Origin: Lama glama
Taxonomy: Eukaryota
NCBI GenBank assembly: GCA_028534125.1
Contig: CM052818.1
Span: forward strand, 32,738,001-32,802,000
Direction of reading: 5' to 3'
DNA: 64,000 nucleotides
Part shown: piece by piece, positions 14,393 to 26,337 of the stretch
Numbering within the stretch: the stretch's first letter is position 1
How the letters are laid out: every line of letters starts with the position of its first letter
Program-made: the position numbers and the translations under genes
Notes under the pieces: generated by a model
The model's database searches: none
Seen by the model: only the letters and a program-made list of their open reading frames with translations
What the model was told of the DNA's origin: nothing

Positions 14393-14521
14393 AATGGGTA
14401 GGGTATAGCTCAAGTGATATGTTTAGCATGCATGAAGTCCTGGGTTCAATATCCAGTACCTCCTCTAAGAATAAATAAACCTAATTACCTACCCGCTCAG
14501 AAAAGACAAGACTAAAATAAA
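14393..14521 (+). mobile_element. tRNA-derived SINE (Vic-1-like) nested in L1
   Basis: gggtatagctcaag...gggttcaat...acctaattacc; TSD aaggaaatcct at 14382-14392 and 14522-14532. Confidence 0.8.
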
Positions 14522-15328
14522 AAGGAAATCCTGCCGTTTGTGACAACATGGATAGACCTTGAGGGCATTGTGCTAAGTGAAATAAATCAGACAGAGAAAG
14601 ACAAATACAGTGTGATCTCACTTATACGTAGAATCTAAAAAGACCCGAACTCATAGCTACACCATCAAATGGTGGTTGCCAGAGGCAGCAAGGAAGGGTG
14701 TGGAATGGGTGAAGGTGGTCAAAAGTACAAACTTCCAATAAGATAAATAAGTTCTGGGGATACAACGTACAGCATAGTTACTATAGTTAACAATATTGTA
14801 TATTTGAGAGTTGCTAAGAGAGTGTATCTTAAAAGTTCTCATCACAAGAAAAAAAGTTGTAACTGTATGTGGTGATGGATGTTAACTAAACTTATTGTGG
14901 TAATCATTTTGCAACGTATACATATATCAAATCATTATGTTGCACACCTAAAACTAATAGAATTTTATCCCAATTTTTAAAATTGTAGAAGAAAACCAAT
15001 AGTTAATCACTGATAGAGCTGGATGGTGAGATTATAAGTAAATTTATTTTCTTGTTAAAACGTCTTTTGAATAAAATAAACATTTCAAAGAAAGTGGTTC
15101 AGGCTCTTAAAATACTTGAATCCATGGTGTATTCGGTTTCAATTTAACAAAAGTCACATTAAAAATCTCTTAGTTTAGGTAAGCTACCACAAAACAGATA
15201 CCAAGACAAAAAGTAGTAACTGAAAAGGGGAAAACTTTCAATACTAATTTAACTCATATTGTTGTAATATATAAATTATTATGTACTCCTGCCTGTAGGG
15301 ATGATTACAGGCCAAAGGATAACTTGGA

Positions 15329-15334
15329 TTTATT
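15329..15334 (-). terminator. SPDYA: Intronic poly(A) signal for the short SPDYA isoform
   Basis: tttatt on + is AATAAA on -, about 34 nt after the TAG at 15368. Confidence 0.6.
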
Positions 15335-15367
15335 AATAACTTGCATACATCTAATTCTCACATATTG

Positions 15368-15676
15368 CTAAATCATACCTTGAGAATAGCTATAAGCTTG
15401 AGAAGGATCAACTATTATGTCCATTGAGAATGAGTTGTGTGATTCCTGAGAATGTTTCTCCACCACCTCTGCTGTATCACTGGATGAAGACGATGATGAA
15501 GACAATCCCAGTCTAACATATCTTCCTTTTTTGCCACAGAGTGAACAATCTACTGGTGTGGCACTAGGTCCCCGGGGCAGTTGAACTTCATCTCTGTTGT
15601 AGTTTCTAACAGCTCCACTGTGATGCACAGAGCGTTCTCGTTGCCATATATAATGAGTTGGAGCAATGGCCATAAC
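15368..15676 (-). CDS. SPDYA: SPDYA exon: spliced at 15379 in the long isoform, or read through to TAG at 15368-15370 in the short 286-aa A1-type isoform
   Basis: atag|GTT ATG GCC ... TCT CAA G|GT ATG ATT TAG; VMAIAPTHYIWQRERSVHHSGAVRNYNRDEVQLPRGPSATPVDCSLCGKKGRYVRLGLSSSSSSSS...; matches ORF-track 15368..15673. Confidence 0.95.
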   Translation of the reverse strand, partial: VMAIAPTHYIWQRERSVHHSGAVRNYNRDEVQLPRGPSATPVDCSLCGKKGRYVRLGLSSSSSSSSDTAEVVEKHSQESHNSFSMDIIVDPSQAYSYSQGMI

Positions 15677-18600
15677 CTATAGTGAAAAGCTTTCTTTTAG
15701 AATTTTTAATAAGATTTTAAAATTTACTTAAATTAAGTAAAAAAATTACAGCTCCAAGACAGCTATCTCTAAAACTAGATCTAAAAATCTGTCACCAGTT
15801 TCTTTTTTTTTTTTAAAGCATTTCCAGATAAGGCAGTATTACTCATAAAATGCTTTGTTGCTTGGATCCTTAAGATAATAATTGACAAATTTAAATTATT
15901 TCAAATAGGAAATAAGTCTGAAGTGTCCTTTCAGGTTTTTCAATTCTGGATATTCTAAGTTTGGGAAAGATTATACAGTTAGCCCAAAACAATACGTAAT
16001 TCTTAACTTTAGAACATACTGAATTGAAAATAATATTTTAATTGAGGTTTCCAGATATGTATGTTAGGCTAATCTTAAAATGTTTGCAATTACGGCAAGA
16101 GAAATGGTGAATAAGAACACAGGTAAGTTGCTTAACTTCTCTCTTCCTCAGTTTTCTGGTCTCTGTAGTATGTTGAGAATAACAGTGTCTATTTTAGAGG
16201 GTTGTTGCAAAGATTAGATCAGGAATTACTTATAAGGTACTTAAGATTCCTCACTATATGTGAAATAAATACTGCCATTAGAGTCAGGATAGACTCAGTT
16301 TCTTATCCTGGCTCTGCCACTTGCCGGTTTTATGATACTTAACCTTTCTGAGCCTCAGTTTCTTCATATCTAAAACTGGGGATACTATCTGCCTCATAGG
16401 ATTGTTTTGAAGGTTAGATACATGTAAAAACCAGTAAATACCTGACAAATGATAGCCATTTAAACTAGGGAAATATACCTACATGCTGACCTCATGGTGT
16501 CTAAAACTTATAAACTGTTAGAATGTTACTTCTAAGCAAAAATTTTAGTTGCAGTAATCAATGACCCAAGATAAATGAGAGCTGCAGAATTTTAGAGACA
16601 GACAGTGCTTTATTAATTGCCCAGACCAGTGACTTTCAAACTGGTTTCACAAACAACATTAGGGGGTCCCAGGAGGGGCTAAGGAAAGACAGAGCATGTG
16701 GAGAACTTCAATTTAGGGGACTGTGTGTAAAATTTTATTTGGGAGGAAAAAAGGCTTTTGTTGTTAAGAATGAAAATCTTAAAACCCCCAGATTAAGACC
16801 AGTTCCCCAGAAAATGGGGTTATTGTGCACCCCAAGACAATGCATAAAGAGTATCAGCTATGCTAATTTTTAAAGCGTATTTTAGGATTGAATTTATGTT
16901 ATTATCTGCTTCGTAAATCCATCAAAAAAGTTTTCAACCAAAGACATGTAATAAAGTTACATATCTTTAAAAAGGTAGAGGTAAATAAAGATGTTATCTC
17001 TAAATATAAACATTTCTATGACAATGAAAACTAGATTCAGAGATACCCAAGGTGAGGAAGTAGAATATCAAATTTTCTTATGCCTTGCATATTTATCTAC
17101 TGTTTTTCTCAACATTTCTATGTCTATTCTATATCTTTATTTTCCATGTTTGGAATCTCCTTTCCCTTTATTTGTATAAGTCCCACCTTCCTAAAAACTC
17201 CAGATTTCAGATTTTCTTGTTTATACTATACTAGGACTCAGCATATAAATTTTAGCACTCAGATTTATCTCTTTATGCATGTTACCTGTTCTACTGAAAG
17301 CTCCCTCTGGGCAGGAATAGTTTCTCATATGCCTCTTTCAAGTGCTTTCTCCACAATATTATGCAGGCATTAAATATTTCTTAATGATAAAGAGGCCACT
17401 GACATTATGAACCTTCAACAACATGATTTTTGTAGGACTTCTATAGCAAAATCTACTGAGAACAGCAGAGGGAAATATGAAGCAAAGAGCACAATATAGA
17501 TTTGGTACTGTTCTTTCTGCAATAAGCTAGGCATCATAGTCTCTCCAGCTGCTAACCCAGCTACAAAAATGCATGCACACACACTTGTTTACTTTTAAAT
17601 ATATGTTTACATATATTTTATACACACATATATAATTAGAATGTTGTGGTGATAACAATAGTGAACTAAAAAGAAAACCATACCAAGTTCAAAAGAGCAG
17701 GACTTTGGACTTAATTCTATTTAGTTCTATGACCTTAGGCGAATTACGTAACTTTCTGAGTCTCAAGGTCTTTTATATGTGAGAAAACAGGTCACTTCCA
17801 GTTCTCAAATCCTTTGGCTCTATGAAAGTGACTTCTCTGAAACATTGGTAGCACTTGACCTACTAGAAATGTTATCGTACTCTTCTGTTATTTTTAGAGA
17901 TTTTTTGGTTGAGGCTTTGGTGGGTGTTTTTTTAAAGTAAATATTTGGCCACCTGTCTTTCTCTATATGTACTCTACTTCTGTGATCTGAGGAGGCAGCA
18001 TAGTATAGGTGTTAAAAGCACTGGCTCTGGAGTCAGACTGCCTACGACTGCTGTGATGCTTTACTAATTGTGTGAGCTTGGAGAAGTCTTTTAGCCTCTT
18101 TGTGCCTCAGTTTCCTCCTCTGGGATTACCTAGCTAGCTGTAAGAATTGTGAGAGTTTATCTGTATTTTCTGCTCAATTCTGCTGTAAACCTGCAACTAC
18201 TCTAAAAGAATAGTCTATTTAAAAAAAAGAATTATGAGAGTTAATACATGTGCAGTACCAAGAAAAATGCCTGGCACGTGTTCAAAAAGTATTAACATTA
18301 CCTTCATCTTGGATCTCTTATCTACTACCAAGCTGTAAACATCACCTAATGACTCATCTTATTCATACCTGTTTGACCAGTCACTTACTACCTTAAATTC
18401 ATATCTCTAATACCAAATTTCTTATCTTCCCAATAAATCAGTTTGCTTCTTTAATCTTCCCTGTTTCCATTATGGAATTCATTATTCTTTTTGTTACAGT
18501 TTTGAAATTCTGACAGCTCACTCTCTCATACGCCCTACATCCAACTGGTCGCCAAGCAATGACAATTATAATTTAGTAATACTGATTTTTCTTCAGCATT

Positions 18601-20380
18601 GCCATCTTCAACACTAGGTTTACATCTTGCTTCCTGATCTATAGCACGTTAAGCAGATTCCAAAGCCCTTTCCCTTATATTGGGTCTCTTCTGCATGCTG
18701 TCATTGGATTATTTTGTTCAAAGCACTGCTTATATCACATACTACTGCTTTCTAAATTCCTAATCTGGAATCAAGCAGTAGCTGACAGAGAAAATGGTTA
18801 TGATGATATAGTGCCAATCAGGCCAGAGAACATAACAAGAACAGAAAAAAAGTTTCCCCTTGATAAAATTGCTACCTTCCATGATGCATAAAGGGACTGG
18901 AATTGGAATCTCTTTCTCACTGGATTGGTATCCTCCATAATCTGTGAACAAAGCTTAACCAGAAATTAAGCTATCATCAACCTAAACAAATTCCACCTCA
19001 GAGGAGCCAATGTCCAAAAAGGTACGAAGATAATAAGATTAGAGTAAGTAGGGATTAGTCTTCACCCTTTTCTAGAGAAGCCTCACATATATTTTCCAAG
19101 TTAATCATACCTCATCTCTTTCCAGAAAAAGATTTGAAGCAGCTGACAAAAAGAGCAAATGAAAATTTTTTTTTATTAAACTAGGACCCAAAAGGGAAAA
19201 TTTGGCTAAAGGGGGAAAGCAGACATGCCAGTAATAAAAGGTAATAGAGCTGATGTGGTTAAGAATAAAGCCTGGCCCTTAGCTTCTCTGCAGCAGCGAA
19301 AGTGTTTTTCTTTTCTTTTTTTTTTAAAGGAGACAGATTACAGAATTCATATTATCTGAAATGAAAGAATAAGTTCTTTATTTGACAGGTGTATAAGGGA
19401 AAGAGTGCCCAGTTAAAGTACTGCTTATATCACATAATACTGCTTTCTAAATTCCTAACCTGGAGTCAAGTAGTAGCTGACAGAGAAAACAGTTACGATA
19501 TTGTGCCATATAGGCCAGAGAACATAACACTTAGTAAGTGACCACAGAAAAGTCATAACCTTTCTAAGCCAAACTTCATCTGAAAAATGGAGAGAATACT
19601 TATGTTATTTAGTTCCTGAGATAAAATAATAGATATAAACGCATTTTCTAAACCAACCAATGTGAGAGATATGAACTAACCTAGATGTCAGAGAAAACAG
19701 AACACTGGGAATTCATTAGATGTGAAGTCAAATTCTGGCTCTGACACTTAATTGATCTATGATCTTGAGTAAATCTCAGCTTCCGTGGTCCTCAGTTTCA
19801 TTAGCTATAAAATAAGAATGCTACAACCCTCACAGGTATTTTTGTGAGGATAAGATAATTTACATGAAAATATAAATTTATAAAGACAATGCAAATATAG
19901 AGTATTATTACTGTAAGCCAGTTTGTAGCTACTATCATAACTTGAGTTTATTTTAGGATACATGACTGAAAAATTAGTTGGCAGTATGCCAGTACTGGGC
20001 TCTTAATAACTGCATAGAATACTTAACTAAATTTCTAACAGCATGTCTTGCTATCATAATGCAACAAACTTCAGGGCAAGGATGATGTAATACTTCTTTA
20101 TAATAAACCCTTATGACACTGAACTTGGTGTCTAACTCACAAATTAGCTGTTAAATGAATACTTAAGAGAACAAAGATAAAATCTACTAGGTAATTCCTT
20201 TTTTCATACACCAACAAGATGCAAATGTACCTGGCTGGAATAGCCAACAACAACAAAAACAGCAAGAAGCTTATCTATCTGGATAAGGGGCAATGCTAAG
20301 TAAACTCAGTGAAGAGTTGTTTTATAGTTTTCATTTCATGGAATAAGAAGTATGAAAAAGAATCAGAAGCTTTAAGTTCC

Positions 20381-22680
20381 ATTCATTCTGTCAGTCGGCA
20401 ATATTTACTGTGTACCTATTTAAAGTCAGGCACTGTTTTAGGCACTGTAGATGCAATAAGCACAAAATAAACACCTTCTTGGAATTTATATACTAATAGG
20501 GGGAAGTGGACATTGGGAAGAAAAATAAGTAAAACAGAATATGTTATACAGTGGTTAAGCGCTATGAGGAAAACCAGGAAAAGAAATACAGAGTAATAGT
20601 GGGAGGTGCTACTTGCTACTTTAACAGCTTTATTGAGATGTAACTCAAATACCAGACATTTCATTCTTTTAAACTATAAAGTTCAATGGCTTTTGATATA
20701 TGCAGGCCTGTACAACCATTACCATAAACAATTTTAGAACATTTTCATCACTCCATAAGAAAGCAGTCACATTCCATTCCTCCCTTCAGCTTCAGGCAAC
20801 CACATTCTGTCTCTTTGGATATCTATTCGGCAGTTGATATAAATGGAATCATACAAGATGTGGTCCTCTGTGACTGACTTCTTTCACGTAGCACAATGTT
20901 TTCAGGGTTCATCCATGTTGCAGCATGTATCAATACTTCATTCCTTTTAATTGACTAGTAAGGTATCATTGTATAGATATTTGGCTATCCATTTATTGAT
21001 GGGCTTTGGGTTGTTTTCACAACTAATGACTTGACTATTATGAATAAAGCTGCTATGAACATTCATGTACAAGTTTTTGTGTGGACAGTTTCATTTCTTT
21101 TGGGTATAGAACTAGGAGTGGAATTGCTGTGTCATACAGTAACTTTATGCCTTTTGAGGAACTGCCAGACGGTTTCCAAAGCAATTACATGACTTTACAT
21201 TCCCCACCAGAAGTGTATGAGGATTCCAATTTCTCCACATTCTTCCCAACACTTCTTATTTTCTTTTTAAAAATTATTATATCCATGTTAGTGGGTGTAA
21301 AGTGGTATCTCCTTGAGGCTTTGATTTTACATTCTTCTGATGGCTAATGATGCTGAGCATGTTTTCATGTGCTTTTTTGCACATTTGCATAGCTTTTTTT
21401 GAGAAATACCTATTCAGATCCTTTGCCCTTTAAAATATTAGGTTGTCTTTTTAGGCTGGGTTATAAGAGCTCTTTATATATTGTAGACATAAGTTCCTTA
21501 TAGGATAGATGATATCAAAATTTTCTCCTAGTTTGTGGGCTGTCTCTTCACTTTCTTAACGGCGTCCTTTGAAGAACAAAAGTTTTAAATTTTGATGATG
21601 TCCATTTCATCTATATTTTCTTTTATCACTTTTGTTTCTGGTATTAAATCTAAGAAACCTAATCCAAGGTCATGAAGATGCACCTCTGTTTTAAGAATCT
21701 TTTAAGGTTTTTAGCTCTTAAACCTAGATATTTGATGCATTTTGAGTTAGTTTTTATATACAATACGAAGGAGTATTCCAAGTGCATTCTCTTGGACATC
21801 CAATTTTTCCAGCACCATTTGCTGAAAAGAATATTCTTTCCCCATTGATTTTCTTGGCACCCTTGTCAAAAGCCAAATGAACATAAACGTGAGGGCTTAT
21901 TTCTAAACTCTTCAATTTTTATTCCTTTGAGGTAGACTCTACTCAATATAGGGTGGTAGGAAAAGGTTTCTCTGAGGAGGTGATTAAGCAGAGTCCTGTA
22001 TGAAGTGAGGAACTGAAGCATATTAGTAGTAACTGGGGGGAAAGCATTCCAGATAATAGGATTGACAAGTGCAAAGACCCTGAGATGGGAGTGTTCTTGG
22101 TGCGTCTGAGGAATAGCAAGGCCAGAGTGGCTGGAGTGGAGTGAGCAAGGATGGCAGATGAATTCAAAGAGATAAGGGAGGAGAGCTGGCCTACCATGCA
22201 GAGCTATAAGAACTTTGTCTTTTACCCTATGTGAGATGGGAAGTCTCTGGAGGCTTCTGAGTAGAGACATGATTTGACTTTCTAAAAGATTTACTTTGGC
22301 TACTGTATCTAGACTATAGGGGAGAAAGATTGTAAGGGAGACTATCTGGAAAGTTATTGTAATAGTTGAGACAAGAAATGACAATCAAAGTAGGGTTTAG
22401 TGGTGGGGGTGGTGAGAAATGGTAGGATGCTGGATATTTAAGGTATAGATGTGAAATAAAAAGTCTAGGTGACAGTTTTTTTTTTTTGCCTGAACAACTA
22501 GAATGATAAAGTTACCATTTATTAACATGTGGAAGATTGCAGGAGGAGGAAGTGTGGAAGTCTACGTGGGGGAATCAGAAACTCAATTTCCAGTATGTTA
22601 AGTCTGAAGTATCTAATAGACAATGAAATATAAATAGGAAATTAGATATGCAGATCTGGAATAAGGGGAGAGATCTGTTA
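20381..22680 (-). mobile_element. LINE-2 remnant split by the L1 above (20381-20619 and 21931-22680)
   Basis: attcattc...aatatttactgtgtacctat...ggcactg L2 3' end; tctctgaggaggtga, gcaaggccagagtggctggagtggagtgagc. Confidence 0.75.
20620..21930 (-). mobile_element. LINE-1 3' fragment (L1M-type) inserted into an L2
   Basis: tttaacagctttattgagat start; ggttcatccatgttgcagcatgt, ggagtggaattgctg and ccagcaccatttgctgaaaag motifs. Confidence 0.85.
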
Positions 22681-22815
22681 GTTCTTAGTGTTGAAGCCTT
22701 GAGAAACTAAACTTTTCTGTGAATCCTATTACACAATAGAGTTTCTAGGTGTTTAAAACTTTGTAGTCTTTTACACATATGCCATTAAGGCACATAATTC
22801 TCTGTTTCTTAAGAC

Positions 22816-23183
22816 AGTCTGGTACCAGCAACTGAGGTGATTCCAGCTCCAACAGAGTAACTTCAAGTTGTTGTAGTTAAAATGCTAGTTGTTGTATCTT
22901 AGGAGTGAGTGGGCAGTCTACCATGATGAGCACTGCCTTTCCTGGCCTCTTGCCCCTGGTGCCCTCTCCATGCTCTTAGCTGAGTGTTCCATGGGGCTAG
23001 AAACATTTACTTTGAAAAAAATCAGCATTCAAATAAGGCCCACTGTCACATCAAGGATGGCAACAGGTGTGCAAATTACCCACTCCTGACCTGCGGAGGT
23101 AGTAACAATAAATAACAGTACAGGGCTTTTTCAATGCCCTGTAATTGGAATGAGTCATTTAAATCCTTTAACGAAGATCCATT
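22816..23183 (+). pseudogene. Decayed, rearranged 18S (SSU) rRNA fragment in a SPDYA intron
   Basis: agtctggtaccagcaactgaggtgattccagctccaa, atgctcttagctgagtgt, tttactttgaaaaaa, gcaaattacccactcctgac, gccctgtaattggaatgagtc and aaatcctttaacgaagatccatt all match recalled mammalian 18S, with CpG->TpG/CpA decay. Confidence 0.9.
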
Positions 23184-24179
23184 AATTTGGTGGTGGTGGT
23201 GTAGGAGGTCATTCACACCCAACTTCTCACATTTTTCTATTGAACATAATCTTGTAAAGACTTGACCTGCTGTACAGTCTCCTAAGTTATTTCTGAATCC
23301 TTGCATTCCCTCCAACATTCAACAATCCTAACTTAATCCACAAATATGCATAATTGCTATATCTTCATCTCATTAATAAATATAGCTAACAAGATTAGTT
23401 CTAGGCAAAGTTTTGTGACAGTTCTAAATTCCTGCTTCAGGTTTGACACTAAACCATTCATTGGCTCCTTTGGCCTGTAGTCATTTAACTGGATATGACT
23501 TCATTTAATTACAGCATTATCTAGCCCACATTTACCAAACTTTTCTGAACTAGTACTGGCTTACAGTGATCACTGACTTCCAATTAATATTCTACTCCAA
23601 AATTTTTTAGTTTAAAACATTAGCCTTCTTTATTGAAAACCAGAACATTTGATAAAGTAACTGATCTTTTAATTTTTAGTATCTTTTTGCTTTATATTAA
23701 TAGAATCTGGCATCAAGAAAACTTACTTTATGTATTCTATGTAAAAAGAGGTACAGTTTTTAAACTTATTTAAATTTTATACCATACAATTCACATTTCA
23801 ACTTTGGGAACTTGAAATTTCATATACTTAAATGAACATTATTATGCTCCAGTGTTATTACCATAAAGTATTTTAGAATGTGCACACTTTTCTTTCCCAA
23901 TATACTGGTGATCTTTTAGACAAAAGAAACACACTAAAATAAAACTAGTACAGAAGTAGGCTGCTTTGAAAAAGAGAAATGATAATTTTTAATTATTATG
24001 GTATAAAATTAAAACATCAACACTGTAATACACAGATTGTATTCGTGGTAACCATCAAGGTTAATGGTTTACCCTTCACATACAAAATATGAACCATTAG
24101 AAGCACATTAAAAAACAAGACAAGAAAAACTACATAAATAGAAGACAGATTACATATATAAAGTATTTTAAAATCTTAC

Positions 24180-24351
24180 CTCCTCACAGCATCGCCTGCT
24201 TACAATAGCCCTATAGTCAATTCTATCCCAGAGTTGGTCCCTTAACTTTAAGAAATCAGGGAACAATTTTCTCCAGTTTATCCCTAAAGCCCATGGAAAA
24301 ATTTCATATTTGGCTTCTTCTTCATCTTCTTCAACTGTATTAGCCAGATAC
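24180..24351 (-). CDS. SPDYA: SPDYA coding exon (Speedy/RINGO box)
   Basis: ttag|G TAT CTG ... GAG GAG|gtaag; 172 bp; [57 protein letters not shown]. Confidence 0.96.
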
Positions 24352-26251
24352 CTAACAAAGAAGACCAACAACTCAAAGAAGAAATGGATAAAGACAGGAA
24401 TAGACAGTTCATGCACATACACACACAAAAAACCAAACTGCTTCTTAAACACATAAAAGATGTTCAACCTTACTCATAATTTTAAAAATGTAGCTCAAAA
24501 TAGAGATTCAGTGAATTTTACTTCGTTGAGTTCTGGATATTTTTGATTCCCTATAAATCTTGAGCTTTGTCCTAGAATGCAGTTATTTGGAAACAATCTG
24601 ATCCTTTCAGGTCCCACTTTCATGATCTGTTAGGTGGATCCGCAGCGATGTTCAGTCTGGGGCTAATTACTCCTTACTAAGGCAAGACATTCCTAAGTAC
24701 TCTACTCAGTACTTGAATTACTCAGTGTGAACTGTAAGTTTTTTCAGTCTGGCTAGTGGAAACAGGCACTATTTCCAGCCCTGGGTAAATGTTAGGCACT
24801 GTTCCCTCTAATCTTTTCTGGTGGTCTTTCCCCACATTCAAATACCTGAGGGGGATCAGGCATGCACAAAAGCAGAAAAACACAGTAATAAGAATTATCA
24901 ATTAAATAAAACTGACACACAGGGTAGAAGTAACAGACAGTTATTATTATTAAAACAGTTATAATTATTCCAGATGTTCAAAAAAATAGACACATTGAAA
25001 GTGTACCTCGAGATAAAGCCTATGTGTATAATGAAAAATACAGAGTGAGATTAATGGAGAAGAAAAGATTTGTGAATTGAAGACAGCAATATGACTTGTG
25101 ATCTTGGAAAGTACTTAAGATTCCTAAGTCTCAATTTCCCTATTTGTAAAATGGAGATAATTCAAAATTGTATCTCATAGGGAAGATTAAATGAGTTTAC
25201 AGAAAACAGCTTTGTGGTACCTTGCACATATTGCTCAATATTAGCTAATACTATTATATCCCCTCAATTTAGCAATCACCAAATTTTATACTGAGTTCAT
25301 TTTTTCCTTTGCATGGGGGAAATGTGTCTCCTGAATATGTGCAGAGATCAGTTTCTTCTAGTCCTATTTCTTGAATCACTCTTTGATTCTGATTAAACAG
25401 ATTTTGAATAAAAAGTTATTCTTCAGTGCTAACAGTTGTTGCAGTATTCAACTTAAATATTTTCATATGTAGTTCCCTAATTAAGTACCTAAAAATACAT
25501 GCATATATTCCAAACTGCAGCATTACATTCAGGTACTGGGTAGAAAAGGTTTTGAGATTGAGGTAGATATTCTTTTTTATTTTGAGATAGATATTCTTAA
25601 ATTATAATGATTCTAGCAGAATTCTGACCTACAGATTGGAAAGCCATGTCATTAAAACCATTTAACAGATCACAAGCTAGTGTGAATTGTCTAATATAAA
25701 GTCAATGAAAGAATTGGTAAACAAACTCTATTCCTTGGTCAAAGTTCAGTGTGTTAAGTAAAACAGCCAATGGATACTAAAGGTATCCGATATAAATTAC
25801 TCCTGTTACAGACATAAATCCACAATGAGTATGTATAGAGCACTTTCCACAAGCTGTTCAATGTAAAAGGACGATAATGATAATGATTTTTAATATGTAA
25901 CAACTGGAAATTTCGAAGAGAATATTCTGGCTCTTAAAAAACCCTAAGTCCAAAAGAAGAGAATCTGGAATAATTTTTATGGAGCACTCTGAAAAATGTA
26001 AAAGGTACAATACAAACTCAAGTGGAATACGGAGTAATAAATAGGTATTAGGCATACAGCAGGTGAGGTCAGTGAAAAAAACATGAAAATATCCTATTGA
26101 AGTAAAAAAAAATATATATGTAATATATCGTTTTTAAACAGGAAAGCCTATTCGAAGATAGACATCAGGTTTTAAACAGCATCTATTTAAAATAAGGTAT
26201 CACATATATTATAAATATCACAAAGAATCACTTCGTAGAAAGCATACTTAC

Positions 26252-26337
26252 AGAGCAATAAAGAAATTTATCCTGGTATGCTCACTTATAGTGAATTTAG
26301 CTCTCTTGAAATAAACAAAGGTCATAGCCAAAAGATA
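26252..26337 (-). CDS. SPDYA: SPDYA coding exon (Speedy/RINGO box)
   Basis: ctatag|TAT CTT ... GCT CT|gtaagt; 86 bp; YLLAMTFVYFKRAKFTISEHTRINFFIA(L). Confidence 0.95.

Larger units (their letters stand above)
12899..14985 (+). mobile_element. 5'-truncated LINE-1 (ORF2 3' end plus 3' UTR) with nested insertions
   Basis: Typical L1 ORF2 motifs (tacaaagctacagcaatcaaaac, gatcaatggaacagaa, aaatggattgaagacttgaatgtaagacctgaaac, caacctaagtgtccattgacagatgaatggataaag). Confidence 0.9.

Noticed and set aside
21866..22384. 172-aa minus-strand ORF
   Set aside because: Falls within a decayed L2/L1 junction; a chance or relic frame
22918..22933. Match of ctaccatgatgagcac to an earlier 18S segment (CTACCATGGTGACCAC)
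   Set aside because: Better explained as decayed sequence within the continuous block-1 alignment
22816..23183. Functional rRNA gene or non-mammalian contaminant
   Set aside because: Short, permuted and CpG-decayed, with substitutions in universally conserved positions; the variable region resembles mammalian 18S
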